DNA of 64,000 nt from Nemertoderma westbladi (taxonomy: Eukaryota > Animalia > Xenacoelomorpha): positions 14,909 to 78,908 of the forward strand of contig JAUCBJ010002084.1 in the NCBI GenBank assembly GCA_032718475.1, given 5' to 3'. A program made the position numbers and the translations under genes. This document shows, in pieces, positions 39,001-54,000 of the stretch. How positions within the stretch are numbered: the first letter of the stretch is position 1; every line of letters begins with the position of its first letter. The notes under the pieces were generated by a model, which saw only the letters and a list, made by a program, of their open reading frames with translations, was not told the origin of the DNA and did no database searches.

Positions 39001-42000
39001 TGATGGTTATACGGAATGTCCCATTATGTGGGTGGCTTGATGGTCTAGCGGAATGTCCCATTATGTTGTTGGCTGATGGTCTGGCTGAATGTCCCATTAT
39101 GTGGTTGGCTGATGGTCTTACGGAATGTCCCATTATGTGGTTTGCTGATGGTCTGGCGGAATGTCCCATTATGTGGTTGGCTGATGGTCTTACAGAATGT
39201 CCCATTATGTGGTTTGCTGATGGTCTGGCGGAATGTCCCATTATAGGGTTGGCTGATGGCCTGGCGGAATGTCCCATTATGGGGTTGGCTGATGGTCTTA
39301 CAGAATGTCCCATTATGTGGTTTGCTGATGGTCTGGCGGAATGTCCCATTATGGGGTTGGCTGATGGTCTTACAGAATGTCCCATTATGGGGTTGGCTGA
39401 TGGTTATACGGAATGTCCCATTATGTGGGTGGCTGATGGTCTAGCGGAATGTCCCATTATGTGGTTGGCTGATGGTCTTACAGAATGTCCCATTATGTGG
39501 TTGGCTGATGGTCTTACAGAATGTCCCATTATGTGGTTTGCTGATGGTCTGGCGGAATGTCCCATTATGTGGTTGGCTGATGGTCTTACAGAATGTCCCA
39601 TTATGGGGTTGGCTGATGGTCTGGCGGAATGTCCCATTATAGGGTTGGCTGATGGCCTGGCGGAATGTCCCATTATGGGGTTGGCTGATGGTCTTACAGA
39701 ATGTCCCATTATGTGGTTTGCTGATGGTCTGGCGGAATGTCCCATTATGGGGTTGGCTGATGGTCTTACAGAATGTCCCATTATGGGGTTGGCTGATGGT
39801 TATACGGAATGTCCCATTATGTGGGTGGCTGATGGTCTAGCGGAATGTCCCATTATGTGGTTGGCTGATGGTCTGGCGGAATGTACCATTATGTGGTTGG
39901 CTGATGGTCTGGCGGAATGTCCCATTATGTGGTTGGCTGATGGGCTGACGGAATTTCCCATTATGGGGTTGGCTGATGGTCTTACAGAATGTCCCATTGT
40001 AGGGTTGGCTGATGGTCTTACGGAATGTCCCATTATGGGGTTTGCTGATGGTCTGGCGGAATGTCCCATTATGTGGTTGGCTGATGGTCTTACAGAATGT
40101 CCCATTATGTGGTTTGCTGATGGTCTGGCGGAATGTCCCATTATAGGGTTGGCTGATGGCCCGGCGGAATGTCCCATTATGGGGTTGGCTGATGGTCTTA
40201 CAGAATGTCCCATTATGTGGTTTGCTGATGGTCTGGCGGAATGTCCCATTATGGGGTTGGCTGATGGTCTTACAGAATGTCCCATTATGGGGTTGGCTGA
40301 TGGTTATACGGAATGTCCCATTATGTGGGTGGCTGATGGTCTAGCGGAATGTCCCATTATGTGGTTGGCTGATGGTCTTACAGAATGTCCCATTATGTGG
40401 TTGGCTGATGGTCTTACAGAATGTCCCATTATGTGGTTTGCTGATGGTCTGGCGGAATGTCCCATTATGGGGTTGGCTGATGGTCTTACAGAATGTCCCA
40501 TTATGGGGTTGGCTGATGGTCTGTCGGAATGTCCCATTATGGGGTTGGCTGATGGTCTTACAGAATGTCCCATTATGGGGTTGGCTGATGGTCTTACGGA
40601 ATATCTAATTTGTGGTTGGCTGATGGTCTTACGGAATGTCCCATTATAGGGTTGGCTGATGGTCTTACAGAATATCCCATTATGGGGTTGTCTGATGGTC
40701 TTACAGAATGTCCCATTATGGGGTTGGCTGATGGTCTTACGGAATATCTAATTTGTGGTTGGCTGATGATCTTACGGAATGTCCCATTATAGGGTTGGCT
40801 AATGGTCTTACGGAATGTCCCATTATGGGGTTTGCTGATGGTCTGGCGGAATGTCTCATTATGGGGTTGGGGTCTTACGGAATGTCCCATTATGGGGTTG
40901 GCTGATGGTCTTACAGAATGTCACATTATAGGGTTGGCTGATGGTCTTACGGAATGTCCCATTATGGGGTTTGCTGATGGTCTGGCGGAATGTCCCATTA
41001 TGCGGTTGGCTGATGGTCTTACAGAATGTCCCATCATGTGGTTTGCTGATGGTCTGGCGGAATGTCCCATTATGTGGTTGGCTGATGGTCTTACAGAATG
41101 TCCCATTATGTGGTTTGCTGTTGGTCTGGCGGAATGTCCCATTATGCGGTTGGCTGATGGTCTTACAGAATGTCCCATTATGTGGTTGGCTGATGGTCTG
41201 GCGGAATGTCCCATTATGTGGTTGGTTGATGGTCTGACGGAATTTCCCATTATGTGGTTGGCTGATGGTTATACGGAATGTCCCATTATGTGGGTGGCTT
41301 GATGGTCTAGCGGAATGTCCCATTATGTTGTTGGCTGATGGTCTGGCTGAATGTCCCATTATGTGGTTGGCTGATGGTCTTACGGAATGTCCCATTATGT
41401 GGTTTGCTGATGGTCTGGCGGAATGTCCCATTATGTGGTTGGCTGATGGTCTTACAGAATGTCCCATTATGTGGTTTGCTGATGGTCTGGCGGAATGTCC
41501 CATTATAGGGTTGGCTGATGGCCTGGCGGAATGTCCCATTATGGGGTTGGCTGATGGTCTTACAGAATGTCCCATTATGTGGTTTGCTGATGGTCTGGCG
41601 GAATGTCCCATTATGGGGTTGGCTGATGGTCTTACAGAATGTCCCATTATGGGGTTGGCTGATGGTTATACGGAATGTCCCATTATGTGGGTGGCTGATG
41701 GTCTAGCGGAATGTCCCATTATGTGGTTGGCTGATGGTCTTACAGAATGTCCCATTATGTGGTTGGCTGATGGTCTTACAGAATGTCCCATTATGTGGTT
41801 TGCTGATGGTCTGGCGGAATGTCCCATTATGGGGTTGGCTGATGGTCTGTCGGAATGTCCCATTATGGGGTTGGCTGATGGTCTTACAGAATGTCCCATT
41901 ATGGGGTTGGCTGATGGTCTTACGGAATATCTAATTTGTGGTTGGCTGATGGTCTTACGGAATATCCCATTATGGGGTTGTCTGATGGTCTTACAGAATG

Positions 42001-45000
42001 TCCCATTATGGGGTTGGCTGATGGTCTTACGGAATATCTAATTTGTGGTTGGCTGATGGTCTTACGGAATGTCCCATTATAGGGTTGGCTGATGGTCTTA
42101 CAGAATGTCCCATTATAGGGTTGGCTAATGGTCTTACGGAATGTCCCATTATGGGGTTTGCTGATGGTCTGGCGGAATGTCTCATTATGGGGTTGGGGTC
42201 TTACAGAATGTACCATTATGGGGTTGGCTGATGGTCTTACAGAATGTCACATTATGGGGTTTGCTGATGGTCTGGCGGAATGTCCCATTATGCGGTTGGC
42301 TGATGGTCTTACAGAATGTCCCATCATGTGGTTTGCTGATGGTCTGGCGGAATGTCCCATTATGTGGTTGGCTGATGGTCTTACAGAATGTCCCATTATG
42401 TGGTTTGCTGTTGGTCTGGCGGAATGTCCCATTATGCGGTTGGCTGATGGTCTTACAGAATGTCCCATTATGTGGTTGGCTGATGGTCTGGCGGAATGTC
42501 CCATTATGTGGTTGGTTGATGGTCTGACGGAATTTCCCATTATGTGGTTGGCTGATGGTTATACGGAATGTCCCATTATGTGGGTGGCTGATGGTCTAGC
42601 GGAATGTCCCATTATGTTGTTGACTGATGGTCTGGCGGAATGTCCCATTATGTGGTTGGCTGATGGTCTGCCGGAATGTCCCATTATGGGGATGGCTGAT
42701 GGTCTGGCGGAATGTCTCATTATGGGGTTGGCTGATGGTCTTACGGAATGTCCCATTATGTGGTTGGCTGATGGTCTTACGGAATATCCCATTATGTGGT
42801 TTGCTGATGGTCTGGCGGAATTTCCCATTATAGGGTTGGCTGATGGTCTTACGGAATGTCCCATTATGTGGTTGGCTGATGGTCTGACGGAATGTCCCAT
42901 TATGTGGTTGGCTGACAGTCTGGCAGAATGTCCCATTATGTGGTTGGCTGATGGTCTTACAGAATGTCCCATTATGTGGTTGGCTGATGATCTGGCGGAA
43001 TGTCCCATTATGTGGTTGGCTGATGGTCTGGCGGAATGTCCCATTATGGGGTTGGCTGATGGTCTGGAGGAATGTCCCATTATGTGGTTAGCTGATGGTC
43101 TTACGGAATGTCCCATTATGTGGTTGGCTGATGGTCTTACGGAATGTCCTATTATGTGGTTGGCTGATAGTCTGGCGGAATGTCCCATTATGGGGTTGGC
43201 TGATGGTCTTACGGAATGTCCCATTATGTGGTTGGCTGATGGTCTTACGGAATGTCCTATTATGTGGTTGGCTGATAGTCTGGCGGAATGTCCCATTATG
43301 GGGTTTGCTGATGGTCTGGCGGAATGTCCCATTATGGGGTTGGCTGATGGTCTGGAGGAATGTCCCATTATGTGGTTAGCTGATGGTCTTACGGAATGTC
43401 CCATTATGTGGTTGGCTGATGGTCTTACGGAATGTCCTATTATGTGGTTGGCTGATAGTCTGGCGGAATGTCCCATTATGGGGTTGGCTGATGGTCTGGC
43501 GGAATGTCCCATTATGGGATTGGCTGATGGTCTGGCGGAATCTCCCATTATTGGGGTTGGCTGATAGTCTGGCGGAATGTCCCATTATGGGGTTGGCTAT
43601 GTTATTACTCTTTTAGCGGTTGGTTGTTGCTTCTGTTTATTAGATCCATTGCGATGAACCAAGTCATTCCCGACCGTTCCAGATGTCAGTAGGCGGTGAG
43701 CGAGTTGTCCAGACGATCCCGTCCCCTATCGGGCCGCCGGTTGGCCGTCGGAGCTATTCGGCCGGGGCCCACGATATGCACAACTTACTAACCGCCCGTC
43801 GGCCCAACAAGGAGTTACGGGAGGCCGAACTACGCAAGCAGTTGGTGCAACTCGATGGTGACCCCTTTATGAACGAGACGGAACGAGCTCGAATGAAACA
43901 GGTTGGTTGGAACCAGGCGGAACGGGCTAGAATGAAAAAGGGTGGTTGTAACGAGACGGAACGGGCTAGAATACAATAACTCAAACAGTTCCTGTGTAAC
44001 TCAAACATTTCCTTTCCACAAACAATAACTCAAACAGTTCCTTTCCACAAACAGTAACTCAAACAGTTCCTGTCCACAAACAGTAGTAACTCAAACAGTT
44101 CCTTTCCACAAACAGTAACTCAACCTTTCCACAAACAGTAACTCAAACAGTTCCTGTCCACAAACAGTAACTCAAACAGTTCCTTTCCACAAACAATAAC
44201 TCAAACAGTTCCTTTCCACAAACAGTAACTCAAACAGTTCCTGTCCACAAACAGTAACTCAAACAGTTCCTTTCCACAAACAGTAACTCAAACAGTTCCT
44301 TTCCACTAACAGTAACTCAAACAGTTCCTTTCCACAAACAGTAACTCAAACATTTCCTTTCCACAAACAGTAACTCAACCTTTCCACAAACAGTAACTCA
44401 AACAGTTCCTGTCCACAAACAGTAACTCAAACAGTTCCTTTCCACAAACAATAACTCAAACAGTTCCTTTCCACAAACAGTAACTCAAACAGTTCCTGTC
44501 CACAAACAGTAACTCAAACAGTTCCTTTCCACAAACAGTAACTCAAACAGTTCCTTTCCACAAACAGTAACTCAAACAGTTCCTTTCCACAAACAGTAAC
44601 TCAAACAGTTCCTTTCCACAAACAGTAACTCAAACAGTTCCTTTCCACTAACAGTAACTCAAACAGTTCCTTTCCACAAACAGTAACTCAAACATTTCCT
44701 TTCCACAAACAGTAACTCAAACAGTTCCTTTCCACAAACAGTAACTCAAACAGTTCCTTTCCACAAACAGTAACTCAAACAGTTCCTTTCCACAAACAAT
44801 AACTCAAACAGTTCCTTTCCACAAACAGTAACTCAAACAGTTCCTGTCCACAAACAGTAACTCAAACAGTTCCTTTCCACAAACAGTAACTCAAACAGTT
44901 CCTTTCCACTAACAGTAACTCAAACAGTTCCTTTCCACAAACAGTAACTCAAACATTTCCTTTCCACAAACAGTAACTCAACCTTTCCACAAACAGTAAC

Positions 45001-48000
45001 TCAAACAGTTCCTGTCCACAAACAGTAACTCAAACAGTTCCTTTCCACAAACAATAACTCAAACAGTTCCTTTCCACAAACAGTAACTCAAACAGTTCCT
45101 GTCCACAAACAGTAACTCAAACAGTTCCTTTCCACAAACAGTAACTCAAACAGTTCCTTTCCACTAACAGTAACTCAAACAGTTCCTTTCCACAAACAGT
45201 AACTCAAACAGTTCCTGTCCACAAACAGTAACTCAAACAGTTCCTTTCCACAAACAGTAACTCAAACAGTTCCTTTCCACAAACAGTAACTCAAACAGTT
45301 CCTGTCCACAAACAGTAACTCAAACAGTTCCTGTCCACAAACAGTAACTCAAACAGTTCCTTTCCACAAACAGTAACTCAAACAGTTCCTTTCCACAAAC
45401 AGTAACTCAAACAGTTCCTTTCCACAAACAGTAACTCAAACAGTTCCTTTCCACAAACAGTAACTCAAACAGTTCCTTTCCACAAACAGTAACTCAAACA
45501 GTTCCTTTCCACAACAGTAACTCAAACAGTTCCTTTCCACTAACAGTAACTCAAACAGTTCCTTTCCACAAACAGTAACTCAAACAGTTCCTTTCCACAA
45601 ACAGTAACTCAAACAGTTCCTTTCCACAAACAGTAACTCAAACATTTCCTTTCCACTAACAGTAACTCAAACAGTTCCTTTCCACAAACAGTAACTCAAA
45701 CAGTTCCTTTCCACAAACAGTAACTCAAACAGTTCCTTTCCACAAACAGTAACTCAAACAGTTCCTTTCCACAAACAGTAACTCAAACAGTTCCTTTCCA
45801 CTAACAGTAACTCAAACAGTTCCTTTCCACAAACAGTAACTCAAACATTTCCTTTCCACAAACAGTAACTCAAACAGTTCCTTTCCACAAACAGTAACTC
45901 AAACAGTTCCTTTCCACAAACAGTAACTCAAACAGTTCCTTTCCACAAACAGTAACTCAAACAGTTCCTTTCCACAAACAGTAACTCAAACAGTTCCTTT
46001 CCACAAACAGTAACTCAAACAGTTCCTTTCCACAAACAGTAACTCAAACAGTTCCTTTCCACAAACAGTAACTCAAACAGTTCCTTTCCACAACAGTAAC
46101 TCAAACAGTTCCTTTCCACTAACAGTAACTCAAACAGTTCCTTTCCACAAACAGTAACTCAAACAGTTCCTTTCCACAAACAGTAACTCAAACAGTTCCT
46201 TTCCACAAACAGTAACTCAAACAGTTCCTTTCCACAAACAGTAACTCAAACAGTTCCTTTCCACTAACAGTAACTCAAACAGTTCCTTTCCACAAACAGT
46301 AACTCAAACAGTTCCTTTCCACAAACAGTAACTCAAACAGTTCCTTTCCACAAACAGTAACTCAAACATTTCCTTTCCACAAACAGTAACTCAAACAGTT
46401 CCTTTCCACTAACAGTAACTCAAACAGTTCCTTTCCACTAACAGTAACTCAAACAGTTCCTTTCCACAAACAGTAACTCAAACAGTTCCTTTCCACTAAC
46501 AGTAACTCAAACAGTTCCTTTCCACAAACAGTAATTCAAACAGTTCCTTTCCACTAACAGTAACTCAAACAGTTCCTTTCCACTAACAGTAACTCAAACA
46601 GTTCCTTTCCACAAACAGTAACTCAAACATTTCCTTTCCACAAACAGTAACTCAAACAGTTCCTTTCCACAAACAGTAACTCAAACATTTCCTTTCCACA
46701 AACAGTAACTCAAACAGTTCCTTTCCACAAACAGTAACTCAAACAGTTCCTTTCCACAAACAATAACTCAAACAGTTCCTTTCCACAAACAGTAACTCAA
46801 ACAGTTCCTTTCCACAACAGTAACTCAAACAGTTCCTTTCCACTAACAGTAACTCAAACAGTTCCTTTCCACTAACAGTAACTCAAACAGTTCCTTTCCA
46901 CAAACAGTAACTCAAACATTTCCTTTCCACAAACAGTAACTCAAACAGTTCCTTTCCACAAACAGTAACTTAAACAGTTCCTTTCCACTAACAGTAACTC
47001 AAACATTTCCTTTCCACAAACAGTAACTCAAACAGTTCCTGTCCACAAACAGTAGTAACTCAAACAGTTCCTTTCCACAAACAGTAACTCAACCTTTCCA
47101 CAAACAGTAACTCAAACAGTTCCTGTCCACAAACAGTAACTGAAACAGTTCCTTTCCACAAACAGTAACTCAAACAGTTCCTTTCCACAAACAGTAACTC
47201 AACCTTTCCACAAACAGTAACTCAAACAGTTCCTGTCCACAAACAGTAACTCAAACAGTTCCTTTCCACTAACAGTAACTCAAGCATTTCCTTTCCACAA
47301 ACAGTAACTCAAACAGTTCCTGTCCACAAACAGTAGTAACTCTAACAGTTCCTTTCCACAAACAGTAACTCAACCTTTCCACAAACAGTAACTCAAACAG
47401 TTCCTTTCCACAAACAGTAACTCAAACAGTTCCTTTCCACAAACAGTAACTCAAACAGTTCCTTTCCACAACAGTAACTCAAACAGTTCCTTTCCACTAA
47501 CAGTAACTCAAACAGTTCCTTTCCACAAACAGTAACTCAAACAGTTCCTTTCCACAAACAGTAACTCAAACAGTTCCTTTCCACAAACAGTAACTCAAAC
47601 ATTTCCTTTCCACTAACAGTAACTCAAACAGTTCCTTTCCACAAACAGTAACTCAAACAGTTCCTTTCCACAAACAGTAACTCAAACAGTTCCTTTCCAC
47701 AAACAGTAACTCAAACAGTTCCTTTCCACAAACAGTAACTCAAACAGTTCCTTTCCACTAACAGTAACTCAAACAGTTCCTTTCCACAAACAGTAACTCA
47801 AACATTTCCTTTCCACAAACAGTAACTCAAACAGTTCCTTTCCACAAACAGTAACTCAAACAGTTCCTTTCCACAAACAGTAACTCAAACAGTTCCTTTC
47901 CACAAACAGTAACTCAAACAGTTCCTTTCCACAAACAGTAACTAAAACAGTTCCTTTCCACAAACAGTAACTCAAACAGTTCCTTTCCACAACAGTAACT

Positions 48001-51000
48001 CAAACAGTTCCTTTCCACTAACAGTAACTCAAACAGTTCCTTTCCACAAACAGTAACTCAAACAGTTCCTTTCCACAAACAGTAACTCAAACAGTTCCTT
48101 TCCACAAACAGTAACTCAAACAGTTCCTTTCCACAAACAGTAACTCAAACAGTTCCTTTCCACTAACAGTAACTCAAACAGTTCCTTTCCACAAACAGTA
48201 ACTCAAACAGTTCCTTTCCACTAACAGTAACTCAACCTTTCCACAAACAGTAACTCAAACAGTTCCTTTCCACAAACAGTAACTCAAACAGTTCCTTTCC
48301 ACAAACAGTAACTCAAACAGTTCCTTTCCACAAACAGTAACTCAAACAGTTCCTTTCCACAAACAGTAACTCAAACAGTTCCTTTCCACTAACAGTAACT
48401 CAAACAGTTCCTTTCCACAAACAGTAACTCAAACAGTTCCTTTCCACAAACAGTAACTCAAACAGTTCCTTTCCACAAACAGTAACTCAAACATTTCCTT
48501 TCCACTAACAGTAACTCAAACAGTTCCTTTCCACAAACAGTAACTCAAACAGTTCCTTTCCACAAACAGTAACTCAAACAGTTCCTTTCCACAAACAGTA
48601 ACTCAAACATTTCCTTTCCACAAACAGTAACTCAAACAGTTCCTTTCCACAAACAGTAACTCAAACAGTTCCTGTCCACAAACAGTAACTCAAACATTTC
48701 CTTTCCACAAACAGTAACTCAAACAGTTCCTTTCCACAAACAGTAACTCAAACAGTTCCTTTCCACAACAGTAACTCAAACAGTTCCTTTCCACTAACAG
48801 TAACTCAAACAGTTCCTTTCCACAAACAGTAACTCAAACAGTTCCTTTCCACAAACAGTAACTCAAACAGTTCCTTTCCACAAACAGTAACTCAAACAGT
48901 TCCTTTCCACAAACAGTAACTCAAACAGTTCCTTTCCACTAACAGTAACTCAAACAGTTCCTTTCCACAAACAGTAACTCAAACAGTTCCTTTCCACTAA
49001 CAGTAACTCAACCTTTCCACAAACAGTAACTCAAACAGTTCCTTTCCACAAACAGTAACTCAAACAGTTCCTTTCCACAAACAGTAACTCAAACAGTTCC
49101 TTTCCACTAACAGTAACTCAAACAGTTCCTTTCCACAAACAGTAACTCAAACAGTTCCTTTCCACAAACAGTAACTCAAACAGTTCCTTTCCACAAACAG
49201 TAACTCAAACATTTCCTTTCCACTAACAGTAACTCAAACAGTTCCTTTCCACAAACAGTAACTCAAACAGTTCCTTTCCACAAACAGTAACTCAAACAGT
49301 TCCTTTCCACTAACAGTAACTCAAACAGTTCCTTTCCACAAACAGTAACTCAAACAGTTCCTTTCCACAAACAGTAACTCAAACAGTTCCTTTCCACAAA
49401 CAGTAACTCAAACATTTCCTTTCCACTAACAGTAACTCAAACAGTTCCTTTCCACAAACAGTAACTCAAACAGTTCCTTTCCACTAACAGTAACTCAAAC
49501 AGTTCCTTTCCACAAACAGTAACTCAAACAGTTCCTTTCCACAAACAGTAACTCAAACAGTTCCTTTCCACAAACAGTAACTCAAACATTTCCTTTCCAC
49601 AAACAGTAACTCAAACAGTTCCTTTCCACAAACAGTAACTCAAACAGTTCCTGTCCACAAACAGTAACTCAAACAGTTCCTTTCCACTAACAGTAACTCA
49701 AGCATTTCCTTTCCACAAACAGTAACTCAAACAGTTCCTGTCCACAAACAGTAGTAACTCTAACAGTTCCTTTCCACAAACAGTAACTCAACCTTTCCAC
49801 AAACAGTAACTCAAACAGTTCCTTTCCACAAACAGTAACTCAAACAGTTCCTTTCCACAAACAGTAACTCAAACAGTTCCTTTCCACAACAGTAACTCAA
49901 ACAGTTCCTTTCCACTAACAGTAACTCAAACAGTTCCTTTCCACAAACAGTAACTCAAACAGTTCCTTTCCACAAACAGTAACTCAAACAGTTCCTTTCC
50001 ACAAACAGTAACTCAAACATTTCCTTTCCACTAACAGTAACTCAAACAGTTCCTTTCCACAAACAGTAACTCAAACAGTTCCTTTCCACAAACAGTAACT
50101 CAAACAGTTCCTTTCCACAAACAGTAACTCAAACAGTTCCTTTCCACAAACAGTAACTCAAACAGTTCCTTTCCACTAACAGTAACTCAAACAGTTCCTT
50201 TCCACAAACAGTAACTCAAACATTTCCTTTCCACAAACAGTAACTCAAACAGTTCCTTTCCACAAACAGTAACTCAAACAGTTCCTTTCCACAAACAGTA
50301 ACTCAAACAGTTCCTTTCCACAAACAGTAACTCAAACAGTTCCTTTCCACAAACAGTAACTAAAACAGTTCCTTTCCACAAACAGTAACTCAAACAGTTC
50401 CTTTCCACAACAGTAACTCAAACAGTTCCTTTCCACTAACAGTAACTCAAACAGTTCCTTTCCACAAACAGTAACTCAAACAGTTCCTTTCCACAAACAG
50501 TAACTCAAACAGTTCCTTTCCACAAACAGTAACTCAAACAGTTCCTTTCCACAAACAGTAACTCAAACAGTTCCTTTCCACTAACAGTAACTCAAACAGT
50601 TCCTTTCCACAAACAGTAACTCAAACAGTTCCTTTCCACAAACAGTAACTCAAACAGTTCCTTTCCACAAACAGTAACTCAAACATTTCCTTTCCACAAA
50701 CAGTAACTCAAACAGTTCCTTTCCACTAACAGTAACTCAAACAGTTCCTTTCCACTAACAGTAACTCAAACAGTTCCTTTCCACAAACAGTAACTCAAAC
50801 AGTTCCTTTCCACTAACAGTAACTCAAACAGTTCCTTTCCACAAACAGTAATTCAAACAGTTCCTTTCCACTAACAGTAACTCAAACAGTTCCTTTCCAC
50901 TAACAGTAACTCAAACAGTTCCTTTCCACAAACAGTAACTCAAACATTTCCTTTCCACAAACAGTAACTCAAACAGTTCCTTTCCACAAACAGTAACTCA

Positions 51001-54000
51001 AACAGTTCCTTTCCACAACAGTAACTCAAACAGTTCCTTTCCACTAACAGTAACTCAAACAGTTCCTTTCCACTAACAGTAACTCAAACAGTTCCTTTCC
51101 ACAAACAGTAACTCAAACATTTCCTTTCCACAAACAGTAACTCAAACAGTTCCTTTCCACAAACAGTAACTCAAACAGTTCCTTTCCACTAACAGTAACT
51201 CAAACATTTCCTTTCCACAAACAGTAACTCAAACAGTTCCTGTCCACAAACAGTAGTAACTCAAACAGTTCCTTTCCACAAACAGTAACTCAACCTTTCC
51301 ACAAACAGTAACTCAAACAGTTCCTGTCCACAAACAGTAACTGAAACAGTTCCTTTCCACAAACAGTAACTCAAACAGTTCCTTTCCACAAACAATAACT
51401 CAAACAGTTCCTTTCCACAAACAGTAACTCAAACAGTTCCTGTCCACAAACAGTAACTCAAACAGTTCCTTTCCACTAACAGTAACTCAAGCATTTCCTT
51501 TCCACAAACAGTAACTCAAACAGTTCCTGTCCACAAACAGTAGTAACTCTAACAGTTCCTTTCCACAAACAGTAACTCAACCTTTCCACAAACAGTAACT
51601 CAAACAGTTCCTGTCCACAAACAGTAACTGAAACAGTTCCTTTCCACAAACAGTAACTCAAACAGTTCCTTTCCACAAACAATAACTCAAACAGTTCCTT
51701 TCCACAAACAGTAACTCAAACAGTTCCTGTCCACAAACAGTAACTCAAACAGTTCCTTTCCACAAACAGTAACTCAAACAGTTCCTTTCCACAAACAGTA
51801 ACTCAAACAGTTCCTGTGTAACTCAAACATTTCCTTTCCACTAACAGTAACTCAAACAGTTCCTTTCCACAAACAGTAACCAAACATTTCCTTTCCACAA
51901 ACAGTAACTCAAACAGTTCCTTTCCACTAACAGTAACTCAAACAGTTCATTTCCACAAACAGTAACTCAAACAGTTCCTTTCCACAAACAGTAACTCAAA
52001 CAGTTCCTTTCCACTAAGAGTAACTCAAACAGTTCCATTCCACAAACAGTAACTCAAACATTTCCTTTCCACAAACAGTAACTCAAACAGTTCCTTTCCA
52101 CTAACAGTAACTCAAACAGTTCCATTCCACAAACAGTAACTCAAACATTTCCTTTCCACAAACAGTAACTCAAACAGTTCCTTTCCACAACAGTAACTCA
52201 AACAGTTCCTTTCCACTAACAGTAACTCAAACAGTTCCTTTCCACAAACAGTAACTCAAACAGTTCCTTTCCACTAACAGTAACTCAAACAGTTCCATTC
52301 CACAAACAGTAACACAAACATTTCCTTTCCACAAACAGTAACTCAAACAGTTCCTTTCCACAAACAGTAACTCAAACAGTTCCTTTCCACAAACAGTAAC
52401 TCAAACAGTTCCTTTCCACTAAGAGTAACTCAAACAGTTCCTTTCCACAACAGTAACTCAAACAGTTCCTTTCCACTAACAGTAACTCAAACAGTTCCTT
52501 TCCACAAACAGTAACTCAAACAGTTCCTTTCCACTAACAGTAACTCAAACAGTTCCATTCCACAAACAGTAACACAAACATTTCCTTTCCACAAACAGTA
52601 ACTCAAACAGTTCCTTTCCACAAACAGTAACTCAAACAGTTCCTGTGTAACTCAAACAGTTCCTTTCCACAAACAGTAACTCAAACATTTCCTTTCCACA
52701 AACAGTAACTCAAACAGTTCCTTTCCACTAACAGTAACTCAAACAGTTCCTTTCCACAAACAGTAACTCAAACAGTTCCTTTCCACAAACAGTAACTCAA
52801 ACAGTTCCTTTCCACAAACAGTAACTCAAACAGTTCCTTTCCACAAACAGTAACTCAAACAGTTCCTTTCCACAAACAGTAACTCAAACAGTTCCTTTCC
52901 ACTAACAGTAACTCAAACAGTTCCTTTCCACAAACAGTAACTCAAACAGTTCCTGTCCACAAACAGTAACTCAAACAGTTCCTTTCCACAAACAGTAACT
53001 CAAACAGTTCCTTTCCACTAACAGTAACTCAAACAGTTCATTTTTACAAACAGTAACTCAAACTTGTAACACAAATAGTAACTAACTTATTGTTTGTCAA
53101 ACAATATCTTGTGATTAAAATATATTTAAGAAAATATATTATGATAGGTAGATGTCTAGAAATTGTTACGTCAACTGTGATTCATGTTTCGTTCTAGAAT
53201 TTATGGTTGTCTTACGGAGGGAACCCGTGGTCTAACCATTCCTTTCCACCAGGGGGAAGCCATCGCTTGACTAGCAGCACTCCTCCTCCACCTGCCATGA
53301 TGCCCCCGAATAATCTAATGCTGGCCACCTACGGTAGTGCAGCATACACACCAAGTAGCGACACGTTGGAAAGTATTGTCGGTGAGTAGAGTTGGACCTC
53401 AACTCAACCAATAACTGAAACCCAACCTTATGTGTAACCCGACTTTCTGTAACCTTCTCTTACTTACCTTATACAGTTATTAGACTGTCCATGTCCAACA
53501 CTCAGTATAACTATTGTTAAGTGCGAGTTTTGTGAGACAGACCGACACTCAGTGAAAATGAAATTGGTCAGAAACAGGCCAGTTTCTGGCTGTAACTTTT
53601 GCGAGTGCCGGTGTCTATCTCTCTTAACTACAGGCCAGTTTCTATGGCTGTAACTTTTGCTAGTGCCTGTGTCTAACTGTCTACTACATGCCAGCCAGTT
53701 TCTGGCTGTAACTTTTGCGAGTGTCTGTGTCTAACTGTCTACTACTAGCCAGTTTCTGGCTGTAACTTTTGCAAGTGCCAGTGCCTAACTGTCTACTACA
53801 GGCCAGTTTCTGGCTGTAACTTTTGCGAGTGCCGGTGTCTATCTCTCTTAACTACAGGCCAGTTTCTATGGCTGTAACTTTTGCTAGTGCCTGTGTCTAA
53901 CTGTCTACTACATGCCAGCCAGTTTCTGGCTGTAACTTTTGCGAGTGTCTGTGTCTAACTGTCTACTACTAGCCAGTTTCTGGCTTTAACTTTTGGGAGT

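Noticed and set aside
37146-43616. Long ORFs up to 548 aa of (LADGLTECPIMW)n
   Set aside because: The 36-bp unit is a multiple of 3, so stop-free frames arise on both strands. Frameshifting variants are tolerated, and the array lies inside an unkempt intron.
43611-43643. TTTTAG at 43616 as the exon 7 acceptor
   Set aside because: It leads to an in-frame TAG at 43641-43643; the AG ending at 43643 keeps the frame.
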